From the human T2T-CHM13v2.0 reference genome, Homo sapiens: a DNA stretch of 64,000 bases. Numbering within the stretch: the first letter of the stretch is position 1; every line of letters starts with the position of its first letter. This document shows positions 38,173 through 63,575 of the stretch, piece by piece. The position numbers and the translations under genes are program-made. Location of the stretch: assembly GCF_009914755.1 (NCBI RefSeq), contig NC_060936.1. One strand, given 5' to 3'. The notes below the pieces were generated by a model, which saw nothing but the letters and a program-made list of their open reading frames with translations, was not told where the DNA came from and searched no databases.

Positions 38173-38439
38173 CTTATAATTCACAATTTTTTAAAAAGGG
38201 ACTTAGAAGGGAGAGTAATTCAAAAATTGGGCTCAGCATCATGTCAAGGACTGTAGTCCTTTTCATTTTTCTTCCAACAAATCCTGTTGGCTTAATTCTC
38301 CTCATGGTTGTGAGGCTACCACATGGATATGTAATATTCATTTTTTAAAAATTTATTCTACTATTTCTCCTTTATTCATGTGCTTGTTTATAGTCCTTTA
38401 AGTAAAATTTACACATAATGAAATGCACAAATATTATCT

Positions 38440-39325
38440 CCATGCATCACTTAACAAGGATATGCTCTGATAAACTCATTGTTAAGTAATTTCATTGTTG
38501 TGTGAACATCAAAGAATGTACGGTACTTACACAAACCTAGATGATATCGCCTATTATACACCTAAGATATATGGTATATAGCCTATTGCTTGTAGGCTAC
38601 AAACCTGTACAACATGTTACTGTACTAAATATTGGAGGCAACTGTACAAAATGAAGTAGAGGTTCCTCTTCAAAGGGACTTTCCTTCCAGTCTAATTGAG
38701 AATAAATAGTAGCCTCTCTTAGAAGCAAAATTTACTCAAAGACCTGTGGTAATATTCTTAAATATCTGCTAGCCATAATAAAGAAACCAATATGCTTTGT
38801 GTGCTTAGCCCCCACCTTTTGGCCTAGATATTTGCCCTGGCATGCCTATATAGGCCCAAGCAAGCATTAGGTTATAGCCTGTTTCTCTTCCTTATTTGGA
38901 GGTGTTTTGGCCTTTCTCAGCATTCCACAAGTTACTTCCTCCTTTCCTTTGTTCTCCCCTACCTTTACCTCTTTTGGGAGGTTCTAAGTTGCTAGCCAAT
39001 CAGGACAAGAACAGAATGTGAAGTCCCGTTCCAGCCAATGGAAACTGGACACAGCCATAGCATGGACGCATTAGATTATAAATGACCCTGTCTCCTTTGT
39101 TTGTATGTGCTCTCATGGCAAGACTGCTAGTGAGTGGCACCCTTTCTGCAGAAAGTAAATTAGCCTTGCTGGGAGATCCTTTATCATAGTGTTGATTTCC
39201 GCGACACTGAATACCCATTTCCAACAGCAACTGTAACACAAATCACTAGGCAATAGAAATTTTTTAGCTCCATTATAATCTTATGGTACCACTGTTGTGT
39301 ATGTGGTTATATGCAGCACATGAAT
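38440..39325. mobile_element. Tigger3a split by an LTR insertion
   Basis: gtacttacacaaacctagatg...taggctacaaacctgtac left of the LTR; resumes gcaactgtaacaca...ccattataatcttatgg right of it. Confidence 0.7.
38643..39226 (+). mobile_element. LTR10-family (HERV-I/ERV1) solo LTR
   Basis: TG...CA ends; 5-bp TSD GCAAC at 38638-38642 and 39227-39231; two CCAAT boxes, tataaa, AGTAAA; ends atttccaaca. Confidence 0.8.
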
Positions 39326-39900
39326 GCACACAATTTCATGAGTTCACAAAAGGAAGAATTCAAGAAAGCCTCAATTTCATCAAGATATAAAACAGTCCCA
39401 TCACTCCAGAAAGTTCCTTCATACTCCTTCCCCATCACCCCACCCACAAGAGGCAACCACTTTTGTGGTTATTCTCACCATAGCTCCACCTGATCCAGAA
39501 CATATTAAAGTGAAATCATACAGTACGTACTCTCATGTATTTGCCTTGTTTCACCCAAATAGCTGTGAGATTCACCTATGTTTTTGTGTATCTCAGTAGT
39601 CTGTTCCTTTTTAAGGCTAAATAGCATTTCATCATTTAAATATAACACATATTGTTTATCCATTCTCCTGCTGATGCGCATTTGGTTGTTTCTGGTTACA
39701 ATGAATATAGCTGCTATGAATATTCTTGTACAAGACTTTCTGTGGACACATTTTCAGTTTGGGGGTGGGTGGTGGTAAACATTTAAGAGTGGAATTGCTG
39801 GGTCATGGAGCAGGTTTATATTTAACTTTGTGTAAGAAACTGCCAAATCTTTTTCCAACGTGGTTGTACCATTTTCTATTCCAACCAAAAACATATGAGA

Positions 39901-40198
<298 letters not shown>

Positions 40199-40242
40199 AA
40201 CATATTGAGAATTCTGTTTGCGCCACATTTTTCCCAATACCT

Positions 40243-42423
40243 TGTAGCTGCACCAGACCAATCTGGTTCAACTTTTTTTTTTTTTTTTTTTTTTTTTTGC
40301 AAAAGAAAAAAAGTTTTTTTGATCTCCTTGAATGTAGCACACAAAAAAAGTGATGGCTCCCCCAGGCTCCATCAGCAACAGTAAAGGGCAGGAACATAGA
40401 GATTTCTTTTTCCAGGCCCAGGCCTGTGAAAAACGATGGCTAAGTGTTAGTCCTTAGCAGGGCCGACGGATGGTCTCCATTCCTGGTTAACCCTCTGGAA
40501 TTTGGGAGCATGAGTATCTCTAAGAATTCATTTCTACTCAGTAAAGATGGGGAGGGGAATCCCACTGTTACTTGTTGAACTGGAAAGAATAGACCCCATG
40601 CTCTGAGGGTGTGTCCACTGCCACTTGGTTCTGTTGGCCGCTGCTCTCCTCGACTGAAACACTGGAAGGAAGGCACAGGGGTGTACTGGGAGATGTAAGC
40701 TCCTTGCATAGCTGCAGCCGTCAGCATATACATGCCTGTGCTGCTGAGGCAGAGATGGCCCAGTTGCTGGGTAAGGGGTCCCATCATGGAGGCAGGCTGG
40801 AGAGAAATGGGATGGTCCATCCCTGGTGTCAGAACTGAACCTGAAGGCTGCATGAGGTATGAATGGTGGTGCATCCAGGATGGGTTAGGTACTTGTAGAG
40901 GAGATGTCTGAGTCACTCTCTGATACGAAGACACAGGAGAGGAAAGGTATGGGGAGAGTGCAGACCGAGCAAGCATCCTGTTGGGGGTGATGTTATAAGG
41001 GGCTGGGTAAAACCCATTCTGAAGAGCTGTGGTGGGGTCATAGGTCAAGGCCATGATGCCCATGTCTCCATTCCTTGGCCAAGCCCGTCCATTTTGCACA
41101 AATATTCCTTGGTTCTGTCGTTTCTTTGGCCCGCCATCAGCAAATTTGCAAAGCAAGGGATCGGATGGGGCTGGTACTCCAGGGGGTGTCTTAATATATT
41201 TTCCATTAAAGTGGGTGATGATGGCTTCACACTTCTCTGTGGACTCCATCCTTGCAAAGCCAACACCTCTGCTGGTCCCACTGGTATCTCGAAGGATACG
41301 GGTGGAGATAACCTGGCCAAAGGGCTTCAGCATCCCCTCCAGTTCCTGCTCATCCATTGACAGTGGGAGGTTTGAGATGTATAAATTTGTGGGGTCCTGT
41401 TCCTGTTGCTTTACCATCTGTGCCTGTACACCACTGGCCTTCAGTGCTGTTACAGCTTTCTGTGCTGCTGAAGGGCTGTCAAAATCTACAAAGCCATAGC
41501 CTTTACATTTGTTTGTGGTCTTGTCCAGTACGGCCTTAGTGGAAACAATCTTGCCATATGGCTGACACAGCTTGACAAGATCTTGGTCAGTAGTGCCTGG
41601 TTGCAATCCTCGGATGTATAGGTTGGTTTTGCTCAGCTGGTCATTTCCATTGCTTCCACTACTGCTGTTAGGTGTACTGTTGCTTGGGCTAGGTGGTGCC
41701 ATCTGCTGAGCCAATGACACATATGGCTTCTTGTTGTTTCTATTGTAGCCAAAAGTAGAAATCCCGGGCCTGGAAGTCACGGATAGCAGCATTTTCTCTT
41801 TAATGTTAGGGAACGAGTGAGAGAGAGAGAGAGAGAGAAAGGGAGGGGGTAAGAAAGACGGGGAGGGAGGGAGGAGGGGATCGAGGAAAAGGGGGAGAGG
41901 GAGGGAGGAAAAAAGGGAGGGGGAGGAGAAAGGAGGAGAAAAGGAGCAGGAGGAGAGAGATGAAGGGGGGCTGCCTCTGGTTCAACTTTTATGTAATAAA
42001 TTGTGAGTTATTTTTCAGCTGCCATGGACCCTCAGCTCACATAACCTGAGCATGCTCAGATGAGCCAAGACTGCAATCTCAGGAGGAACCTAAGTGCTTG
42101 GACCAAGAAATGGGGACTGAATTAAGAAGCAGACATTGCATGGCAGGATCCAGGATCCAATCAGATCAAGCTCTGGCATCATCCCATGGAGGGATCCTGT
42201 CAGATCATGCCTCCAGTACCACCTCATTGCAAGATCCAATCAGATCATGCCTTGTTATCCTACACTTATAAAACCTGACTCAGGCCCCTGCTTTAGGAAC
42301 TATCCCCATGTTCTCCTTACTTGTTGCAAGTAATAAAATCCTCATGCTAAATCCTCTTTGGTTGTGAGCACTGAGTTGATGATACCTGCCAAGCAACCAA
42401 ACCCATCTGTCGTGTGGGTAATA
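40243..42423 (+). mobile_element. LTR47-like solo LTR split by RBMS2P1 (40243-40276 and 41976-42423)
   Basis: tgtagctgcaccagaccaatctggttcaactttt|atgtaataaattgtgag... is contiguous across the TSD; ggatccaatcagatc repeats, AATAAA, ends tgtgggtaata. Confidence 0.75.
40277..41975 (-). pseudogene. RBMS2P1: Processed retrocopy of RBMS2 (RNA-binding motif single-stranded interacting protein 2); ORF 41792-40440
   Basis: Intronless ORF starting [24 protein letters not shown] with two RRMs ([14 protein letters not shown] and [14 protein letters not shown]). Poly(A) appears as a T-run at ~40273-40298. TSD TCTGGTTCAACTTTT at 40262-40276 and 41976-41990. A +1 frameshift near 40668 bypasses the parental stop at 40568-40570. 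Confidence 0.93.
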
Positions 42424-42663
42424 ATGTGATGTTGTGAGTCCCTTTAATTGTAGCCCTTCTAGGAGGCATAAAGTGGTATCTCCTTATGATTTTAATTTAC
42501 GTTTTCCTGAAGCACTTTTTCATGTATTTAATGGCTGTTCACAGACCGTCTTAATCTATGAAAAGATTTTTGCTTTAAGAACCATCACAGCAAAGAATAT
42601 TTATGCTGTAGCTGGCAAAATGGGAGATTTTAATAGCTAATGTGTATATAAGAAATGAAAACA

Positions 42664-43004
<341 letters not shown>

Positions 43005-43417
43005 TTAGCTTCCTGAGCACATACTGCTGTTTTCTACCGCCATGGCTTTGTAAATGCTAATTTCCTTGCTCAGAAGGCTTTTTCCATCTCTTTGTATTCT
43101 GATCTAGTGAATTCCTATTCAGCCTTCAAAACCCAGCTCAGGAATGCATTACTTCCTCCATGAAGTAAAGACCCTCCCAAATAGTTCATTATTCTGTGTT
43201 TTATCTTGCATTTTAGTATATACAACACATGGAATGTAACTTTGTCCATGACAAGAAACATGTCTTACTCATGTTCATAATCCCAACACCTAAAAAACCA
43301 CAGGCACATATTAAGAGCTCAAAAATAACAAATGAACAAATAATGTGCTCACCATTCTAATGCTACTTTAGCCTCGATTCACTTTTCTCCTCCAAATTCA
43401 GAAACAGTCTTCCAAAC

Positions 43418-43871
43418 AATAGTGGGCTGAATGCTAGCCCTCAAAATATGTCATTTCCTAATCTCTGGATGCTATGAATATTACCTTATATACTTTTAAA
43501 AAAAGGGTGGGGTGATTAAATTAAGGATCTTAAGAGGAGAGGCTTATGCTGGATTATGTATCCAAAACAATCACATGTATCCTTCTAAGAGAGAAGGAGA
43601 GGGAGTTTGAGACTGAAGAGGAAGAGGCAATGTGACCACGGAGACAGAGACTGGAAAGATGTAGCCATAAGCCAAGGAAAACCTACAGCCACAAAAAGCT
43701 GGAAAAGGCAAGGAAAAGATTCTAACCCAGAGCCTTCAGAGGGAACGTGGCTTGGCCAACAACTTGATTTCTGACTTCTAATCTCTAAAATGTTGAAAGA
43801 ATAATTTTTTTGTTGTTTTGAGACACCTATTATATGGTAATTTGTAACAGCAGCCACAAGTAACTAATACA
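43418..43871 (+). mobile_element. MLT1C-like MaLR solo LTR
   Basis: gtgggctgaatg...ggtaatttgtaacagcagccacaagtaactaataca. Confidence 0.8.
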
Positions 43872-45964
43872 ATGGCTTTCTCTTGTATTTATATTTACTT
43901 ATAAAAAGGTTTATCAAACTCAAAATTTCTAACACAATTTTAAATTCCTACCATGGTTAGACTTCTTTGATTTCAATCAGTCAATACACAGCTATCAATT
44001 ATCTGCAAGACACTTACACATACATTAGATGCTTGAAATACACAATAAAACGTCTCCTACTGTGCAGTTTACTAAATACAGAAATTCATATTGAAAATTT
44101 TTTAAAGTAAAGTACAGAGTTCAAACAGCAATAAGCGAAAAAAAGTGAAACATTATCTCGATTGGCCTGTTAATCAGTGAGCACTTGTTGGGCTAGTCTC
44201 AGTGAAAGGCAGTTTTTAAAAGACTAGTACAACCTTTTTCCAAATTCTTCATCTTCTCTTTGCAACCATTACAAATACATAATCACATCCACGTGTCCTT
44301 CCTACCACTTCTTTTGACTAGTCCCAGCTTTACAGACCTCCATATGACATTTTATTTTGCATAGGCACTGTATTTTTTAAGCAGTGAGTAGTACAATGTC
44401 TGCCCCAAAGTATGGTAATTCAAAATATTCAAAAAAGCACAGCTGCTGATGCTCATGGAAAGCTTCCAAAACACATTCCATTAAAAGCACATGCTATGCC
44501 TTTGAATATTTCAAAACAATGTTTTAAATACTACATGCCCTCAAAGTGAATGATGTTTTTTAAAAAACAACATTAAAAGTCTAGGGAGGACCTACACCAG
44601 GCATTTACTTTACTTATAAACAAAACATTAGAAATGAATTTCTTCAAAATCCAGAGATAATCCTGCACTAGTCACCCAAACAGCCTTTGGATAGCCATCC
44701 AGGATGTCTTGCGTACAAAAAAAAAGTCACAACTTGACGCCCTGCCAGAACCTGAAGTGCAGCTGGGAGCAGACCCTTCAAAGCCCTGGTAAGGTGCCAG
44801 GCTCTGTAATTGTGATTTAGAAAGAAACAAGGGAGAGCAAGGAATGAGAAAAGGAAGAAGATATGTATTCAAGTGGTTAGCAATCAACCACCAAGCACTC
44901 TAAATTAAAATGTTATTCTATTTTTACGATTGTACTGTCTGCCTCTGCACAGCTTAATTCACACAAAAGAATCTAGAAAGTAGGACATAGTAATGACTCA
45001 ACCTCAAATGCTTAGTGTAAATTACCAAAGTCTCTGAAAGTTGTGATCTGAAAGGCAAAGATGATTCTTGTCCAAATTCATTTTAACATTTCTTAATGTA
45101 AGGTCTGTTACAATAACATGGGGACTTTCCAGAAGATTTATGAGCACTTAGCACCTCTGTGTGAGTTGTATATTCTTCTTTGCTCACAGTCCCACCTTTC
45201 TTCTGAAATAGAAAAGGCTACCCATAATATGGCTGCTAATACACAATAAAGATTATCTACTGATGCAACAGCATATCCTGAAAATTGTTTTTTAAATAAA
45301 TCCTGATTTAATTTTATTTCTATGAGATTTATGCCTTAATCTGAAAAGTTAAAGAGAAATTGATACTTAAAACTGAGTTTAACTGATATTTTACTGCAGT
45401 TAACACAAACATTCTCTTCATTATTTTGAATCTGTCACAAAGCAAGTATAAAATTTTTCACAGCCAGAAAAAGGAGATAAATAAAAGCCATCCTCAAGAC
45501 ACACAGGTTAATGTTAAAACCATATACTTTAAAAAACTGATTAAACAACCAATATTTATTAAGTGACTGCTATACCACATTTACTGAATGGTCTACTTAC
45601 AGTAAAAGGGTTTTGAGAGATATAAAAAATATACAGACCATCAAGTCAAGCACACTTCTCATGAGGAAAGAAGAGCCTGCCCATATTCAGAGTACTCCAT
45701 GGATATTTTCTAAGTACCTTTAATATGCTAGACACTTTGTTGGATACAGGAATACAGAAATAAATAAAAGAAAATCCTTGTCCTCAAGGAGTTTATGATG
45801 GTCAGTGGAATATACTTGTTAACCAACAATTGCTGACTGAATAAGGATGAGAGAAAATGGACTATTTAAACTTTCTGGACTTAAAATTTTTTTACCATGT
45901 GCACATATTACCTATACAAAGTCATAAATTCAGGAAGTTTTTAAATTGTAAAACATTAAGGAAT

Positions 45965-49705
<3,741 letters not shown>

Positions 49706-50221
49706 AGAGGAACTTCAAAAAAATTATAAAATATTATAACATATTTACCAGTAGTATGAATGGACAAGGGAGAGAACCCTAATTCTGCTAGTGAAGCTGC
49801 CAGGGAAAACTTCACAAAGCAGCAGCTAAAATTAACAAAGGGATGCAAGGAAGAAACATCAAGTGCAAAATAATGGAGATTAAGGAGAAGAACATTAGTG
49901 GTGGAGGGCAGAGGAGAGGAGAACACCCTGGGGAGGTAAGGTAGGGCCTTGAAGGCCACATGCAGAAGACTGGAATTTATTCCATGGTCTTGGAGAGCCA
50001 GTGAAAGATTTTAAACTTTTAGATGGATAGAAGACATTACAGGGTAGACTCACATTTACATTTCAGAAAAATAAGTCGTTTATTTGCAGAGGATAGATTT
50101 GAGGAGGAAGAATAGAAGAAAGAGAAAAAGAAAAGGAGATCAAAGGTCCAGGAAAGTAATAATGAGGGCCTTAACTAAGACAGTAGCAGCAGGTAGTCAA
50201 TAATCTTGAAAATTAATTTGA

Positions 50222-50530
50222 AGCCAGGCGCAGTGGCTCATACCTATAATCCTAGCACTTTAGGAGGTCAAGGCAGGCAGATGCCTTGAGCTCAGGAGTT
50301 CAAGAACAGCCTGGGCAACATGGTGAAAGCCTGTTTCTAAGAAAAATACAAAAATTAGCCCGGTGTGGTAGCATGTGCCTATGGTCCCAGCTACTCAGGT
50401 GGCTGAGGTGGGAAGATCGCTTGAGCCCAGGAGGGTCGAGGCTGCAGTGAGCCAAGATCGCACCACTGCACTCCAGCCTGGGTGACGAGGTGAGACCCTG
50501 TCTCAAAAAAAAAAAAGAAAAGAAAAGAAA
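50222..50530 (+). mobile_element. Alu (AluJ-like)
   Basis: TSD GAAAATTAATTTG on both sides. Confidence 0.92.
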
Positions 50531-51437
50531 ATTAATTTGGGGGCAGCAAGAGCAGGAGTTAATAATTAGATACCTATACCCATCCCCCAGCAAAAAGTAT
50601 TTTAATGTCACTAGTTAAAAGGCCTATCAGGAAACCAAGATAGGAAAGCAAAGAATAAACACTAAAATGGAATCCAGTTAAAGTGAAAGAAAGGTTGTTT
50701 CAAAGATTACAATTACTTCAAGCACTAATCCTACATAAGAATGAGGAATCCTGTACACTGACCTTTGGCAAATGAATCTTAGTAAACTGCAAATACCATC
50801 ACTGTAAAACACTCAGAATAACTACCTTTTTTCCATAGGGATTTCATAAGCAGAGGGGCAAACTCTAAAGCTGGCTCTGTCGGGAACAAAGACATAAAAT
50901 AAGGATTTTGTTCCTTAAATGTCCACCTGCTGCTACTCCTCCTCATTCTTTCCTTCAAACAAATCATCTCTATAGCAACACACTCTTAAAGAATTTGTGG
51001 GTGGAAAGCATATGTTTGTGCAAAAATATGAGAACTCAAGAACATGAGCTATTTTATTTTTTCCTTTAATACAAGAGATACACAATCTATTAGGATACAA
51101 CTAAAAAATAAGAGATATGAAACAAAAAAATGTTTATACACAAAAAAATGTAAAAATTGTACAAATGATAACGCAAATGTTTACATGGAAATTCTTTTTA
51201 TAGGTTACAATGACACCTTGTGGTAAGACTTTTCAAGTTATACAAATTATCTTAGAAAATATTTTTTACAGCAGAGACGTAAGAAAACCGGTTTAGAAAA
51301 TAGGAAAGCTCAAAACCATAGTAATGAGTTAATGTGTACAAGTATAATAATACATTTGAAAAGTTAAGGTTGAAAAATCAAACTTTTAAAAATGTCACAA
51401 TATTAGGTAGGCAAAAGCACTTTACTAACTGTAAATA

Positions 51438-51791
51438 CAAGTTGAATATCCCTTATGTAAAATGCCTGGGACCAGAAGGATTTCAGATTTTGAATTTTTT
51501 CAGATTTTAGAATATTTGCATGTACATAATGAGTATCTTGGGGATGGGACGCAAGTCTAAACATAAAATTCATTTATGTTCCATATATACCTTATACATA
51601 CACATAGCCTGAAGGTAATTTTATTTTTCCCTTGAAGGTGCTTAATAAACTGCGTGTTGTATGCCTGCATTTTGACTGCAACCCATCACATGAGGTCAGG
51701 TTTGAAATTTTCCACACGGTGTCATGTTGGTGTTCAAAAAGTTTCAGATTTCAGAGCATTCTGGATTATGGGATTAGGGATCCTCAACCTG
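51438..51791. mobile_element. Tigger4/MER46 DNA transposon
   Basis: TIRs caagttgaatatccct...agggatcctcaacctg; TA TSD. Confidence 0.85.
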
Positions 51792-52097
51792 TATAAAGCA
51801 TTATACTAGTCCCTTCACTTGAACTGAAATTATTAAATACTCTTCCTTATTCTCTGGTCCCTTATTCCCATCTTGTAAGAAAAGTCAAGCTGCACCTCTC
51901 AAAGCTTCATCTATTACTTTATCTGAATGACACTGAAATTTGCACCCTAGTTCCTAACCTCTCTCTGCTTATGAATCCCCCTCTACTTACATGTTCTCTC
52001 TATAACAGAAGCTCAAAGATGGGATTTAAGACAGACTACCCAAAATATGGCACCTTGGCATTTGAGAAAAAAGCAGAAGCAAGAAGGTTTATCTCAC

Positions 52098-52150
52098 CTT
52101 CCTCTAAAGTAGGTCATAAGATGCTCAATCCAGAGGTGTCCTCCCTATAC
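52098..52150 (-). other. CEP83: CEP83 non-coding 5'-UTR exon (53 nt), lying in an antisense LTR
   Basis: Minus strand reads tctcctacag|GTATAGGG...GAGGAAG|gtgagat, a strong acceptor and a strong donor. The size agrees with my recollection of a short CEP83 UTR exon upstream of the ATG exon. Confidence 0.7.
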
Positions 52151-52280
52151 CTGTAGGAGAGAAGACACAAAGAGGAATCTGAACAAACAGGACTTACTAA
52201 GTTTCCCCCAGTTTGTTACTGCTAGAGCATACCCATTTGTCCTCTAACGATACTTCTGCATGACTGTCCACAAAAAAACA

Positions 52281-59341
<7,061 letters not shown>

Positions 59342-59990
59342 TGATTTTTTTTTTAGAAAAAACACGGAAAGAAAGGTTTCCCTGTTTCTTTCAGTCTTCA
59401 CTTCTGAAGACTCATATAAAGTAAAGGTTTCATTAAATAAATGTGTATGCTTTCCTCTTGATAATCTGTCTTTTGTTATAGGGGTCTCAGTCATGAATCT
59501 AGTAATAGGTGAGGAAAAGTTATCACATTTTATCCGCTACATCAACTTAACAAAAATTCAGTTCATTAGGTTCAAATTTTCTACTTGTCTCCTTAAAAAA
59601 GTCAGTTACCACTATCCTCCTCTCATTTCCTAACCACTACCCATCCTCTATCCTCTATTTATAACAAATTAATCCTACTGATTCTTCTTCATCTGTTTGT
59701 TGAATTTAATCATTCTTCCCCATTTCTAGAGCCATCACACTCCAGTGCCGAATCTTAAATATTTTACACTTAACAGAAGCCTCCTAGACAGTGTCCCAGA
59801 CTTTAGTATTTTCTCATTCTTACATAGCCTACAAATATCACCAAAACAATCTTTCTCATACATTGCCTTCGTCACTATAACTCCTATGATAATCCTTATT
59901 CTTTCCTGACTCAAATCTAAATTTCCCAGCTAAACTCACAGCCCCGTATTAGCCAGCTCCCTATACAAATTCAAACATTTTGCTGCCCCA

Positions 59991-60069
59991 CAGGACCCCT
60001 TTGCTAGAGTCAATTAAGTTTACAGACCCCCAGGACCCCTTTGCTAGAGTCAATTAAGTTTACAGACCC
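59991..60069. repeat. 40-bp tandem duplication
   Basis: CAGGACCCCTTTGCTAGAGTCAATTAAGTTTACAGACCC(C) twice. Confidence 0.95.
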
Positions 60070-60319
60070 TCAAACACATTTCTCTTTGCCTTCACAACTT
60101 TGTTCATACAGTTATGCCAAATTAAAATACCTTCTTAAACCTTGTCTATTAATCCACAAATCACAGAGTCAAACCTGAAACCCTACAGTCTGCAAAATCA
60201 CAAAACTATTTTCGGAGTTTTAGTTGCTCTAAAAGTGAACAGAAAGAGTAGCTTTTGTCCATGTGCTTTATAGGTTCCTGCCTTCCTTGTGCTTGCCCCA
60301 GGATATTTATTCTATATAA

Positions 60320-60628
<309 letters not shown>

Positions 60629-60939
60629 TAATGTCTGCACTTTTCCCCTCCAGATGCTTTATAACTATATAAACTACGTTTTCCAAAGAAACTATAAATT
60701 CCTCAAAGGAAAAACTACATATAATCTTCTACTGTTTTGTTCATCTTCATAGTTCCCAATTCCAGTAAACTGTTAATGACAGTAAAGTGATCCACAAAAT
60801 TTCTATGATGTGAATCCTACTCTCCCATAGGCTTGTAATGTAATTTCAGAGAAACCTTGGGGAAGGATGTCACCAAGAACACTGTTTGCTAACCAATTAT
60901 GCATGCGTTATAGTTAGTTATCAAGAAATTTCTACCTCA

Positions 60940-61249
<310 letters not shown>

Positions 61250-61537
61250 TCAAAAGTTAAAAATTCTGGAGGACAGTCTACTAAGCAAAAGCTTTCAAAA
61301 TGAATATATCTTTTCATTTAGTAATTCTAATTTTAGGAATTAATCCTGAGAAACTAATTAGAGATGCACAAACATTTATGTTCAAGAATCTTCTTTTATT
61401 TGTCATTCAGTAAATGTTTATGAGTGCATCCTAAATTCCAGGTAGGAATGGAGGATAGAATCAGTTCTTATCCTCATGGTACTAACTTAATAGTGGTGTT
61501 TACAATGGAAAAAGAGACTATTAAAAAAGCAGGTCAT

Positions 61538-62530
61538 GGCCAGGTGTGGTGGCTCATGCCCGTAATCTCAGCATTTTGGGAGGTCGAGGTGGGAGGCTCA
61601 CTTCACCCCAGGAGTTCAAGATCAGCCTGGGCAACATAGTGAGACTCTATATCTATTTTATAATTGTTTTTAAAAAGCAGGTTACAATAGCAAGAAATGC
61701 CATATTTGTGGATCAGAAAATTCAATATTGTTAAGATGTTAATTTCTCCCAAATTCAATGCAGTGTCATTCAAAATACCAAGTTTTCATAGAAATTAACA
61801 AGCTGATTCTAAAATTCATATGGAAACACAAGGGACCCAGAAGAGCCAAAAAAAAAACTTTGAAAAAGAACAAAGTTAGAAGACTTGCATTACCTGACTT
61901 CACTTATTAAAGTGCCATAGAAATGAAAACTATGTAGTATTAAATCAGTCACAAAAATCCATTAAACAAAAAAGACTGTCCAGAAATAGAGTCAAATAGA
62001 AACAGTCAATTGATTTCTGACAAAAATGCAGTCAATTCAGTGAAGAAAGGATAGTCTTTTCAACAAATGGTCCTGGAACAATTGCCTTTTCCATACACAC
62101 ACACACACACACACACAAAGAACTTCAAGTTGCTCCCCACGCCATATACAAAAATAGGATCAAAATAAATCAGAGGCCTGAATTAAAAACCTAAACTATA
62201 AACCTCCTAAAAAAAAATACAGGAGAAAATCATTTTGATCTTGGGTTAAGACTTCTCAGATATAACACCAAAAGCACAGTCCATAAAAGAAAAAACTGAC
62301 AAACTGGATTTCATCAAAATGAAGAACTTCAAAATCCACTACTCTTCAAAATCCACTGTTACATAAATGACAAGATATACCAGACTCAGGGGAAAAACTG
62401 CAAATCATAAATCTTATAAAGCACTTGCATCCAGAATAAAGAACTCTCAAAACTAAATGATAGGAAAATAAACAATCAAAATTTTTTTAATGGGCAAAAC
62501 ATTCAAATGGACACTTCACCAAAAAAGATT
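61538..62530 (+). mobile_element. FLAM/Alu monomer (61538-61650) followed by an old L1M ORF2 fragment
   Basis: Left-monomer Alu, then acaagctgattctaaaattcatatggaaa...ttcaacaaatggtcctggaacaattg from L1 ORF2. Confidence 0.75.
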
Positions 62531-62544
62531 AAGTAAACATTTGT

Positions 62545-63575
<1,031 letters not shown>

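Noticed and set aside
41045-41539. Alternative-frame and antisense ORFs over RBMS2P1
   Set aside because: Shadow ORFs of a GC-balanced coding sequence.
44640-44900. GC-richer unique patch as a possible exon or enhancer
   Set aside because: No convincing minus-strand splice-site pair or motif cluster; cannot be supported from sequence alone.
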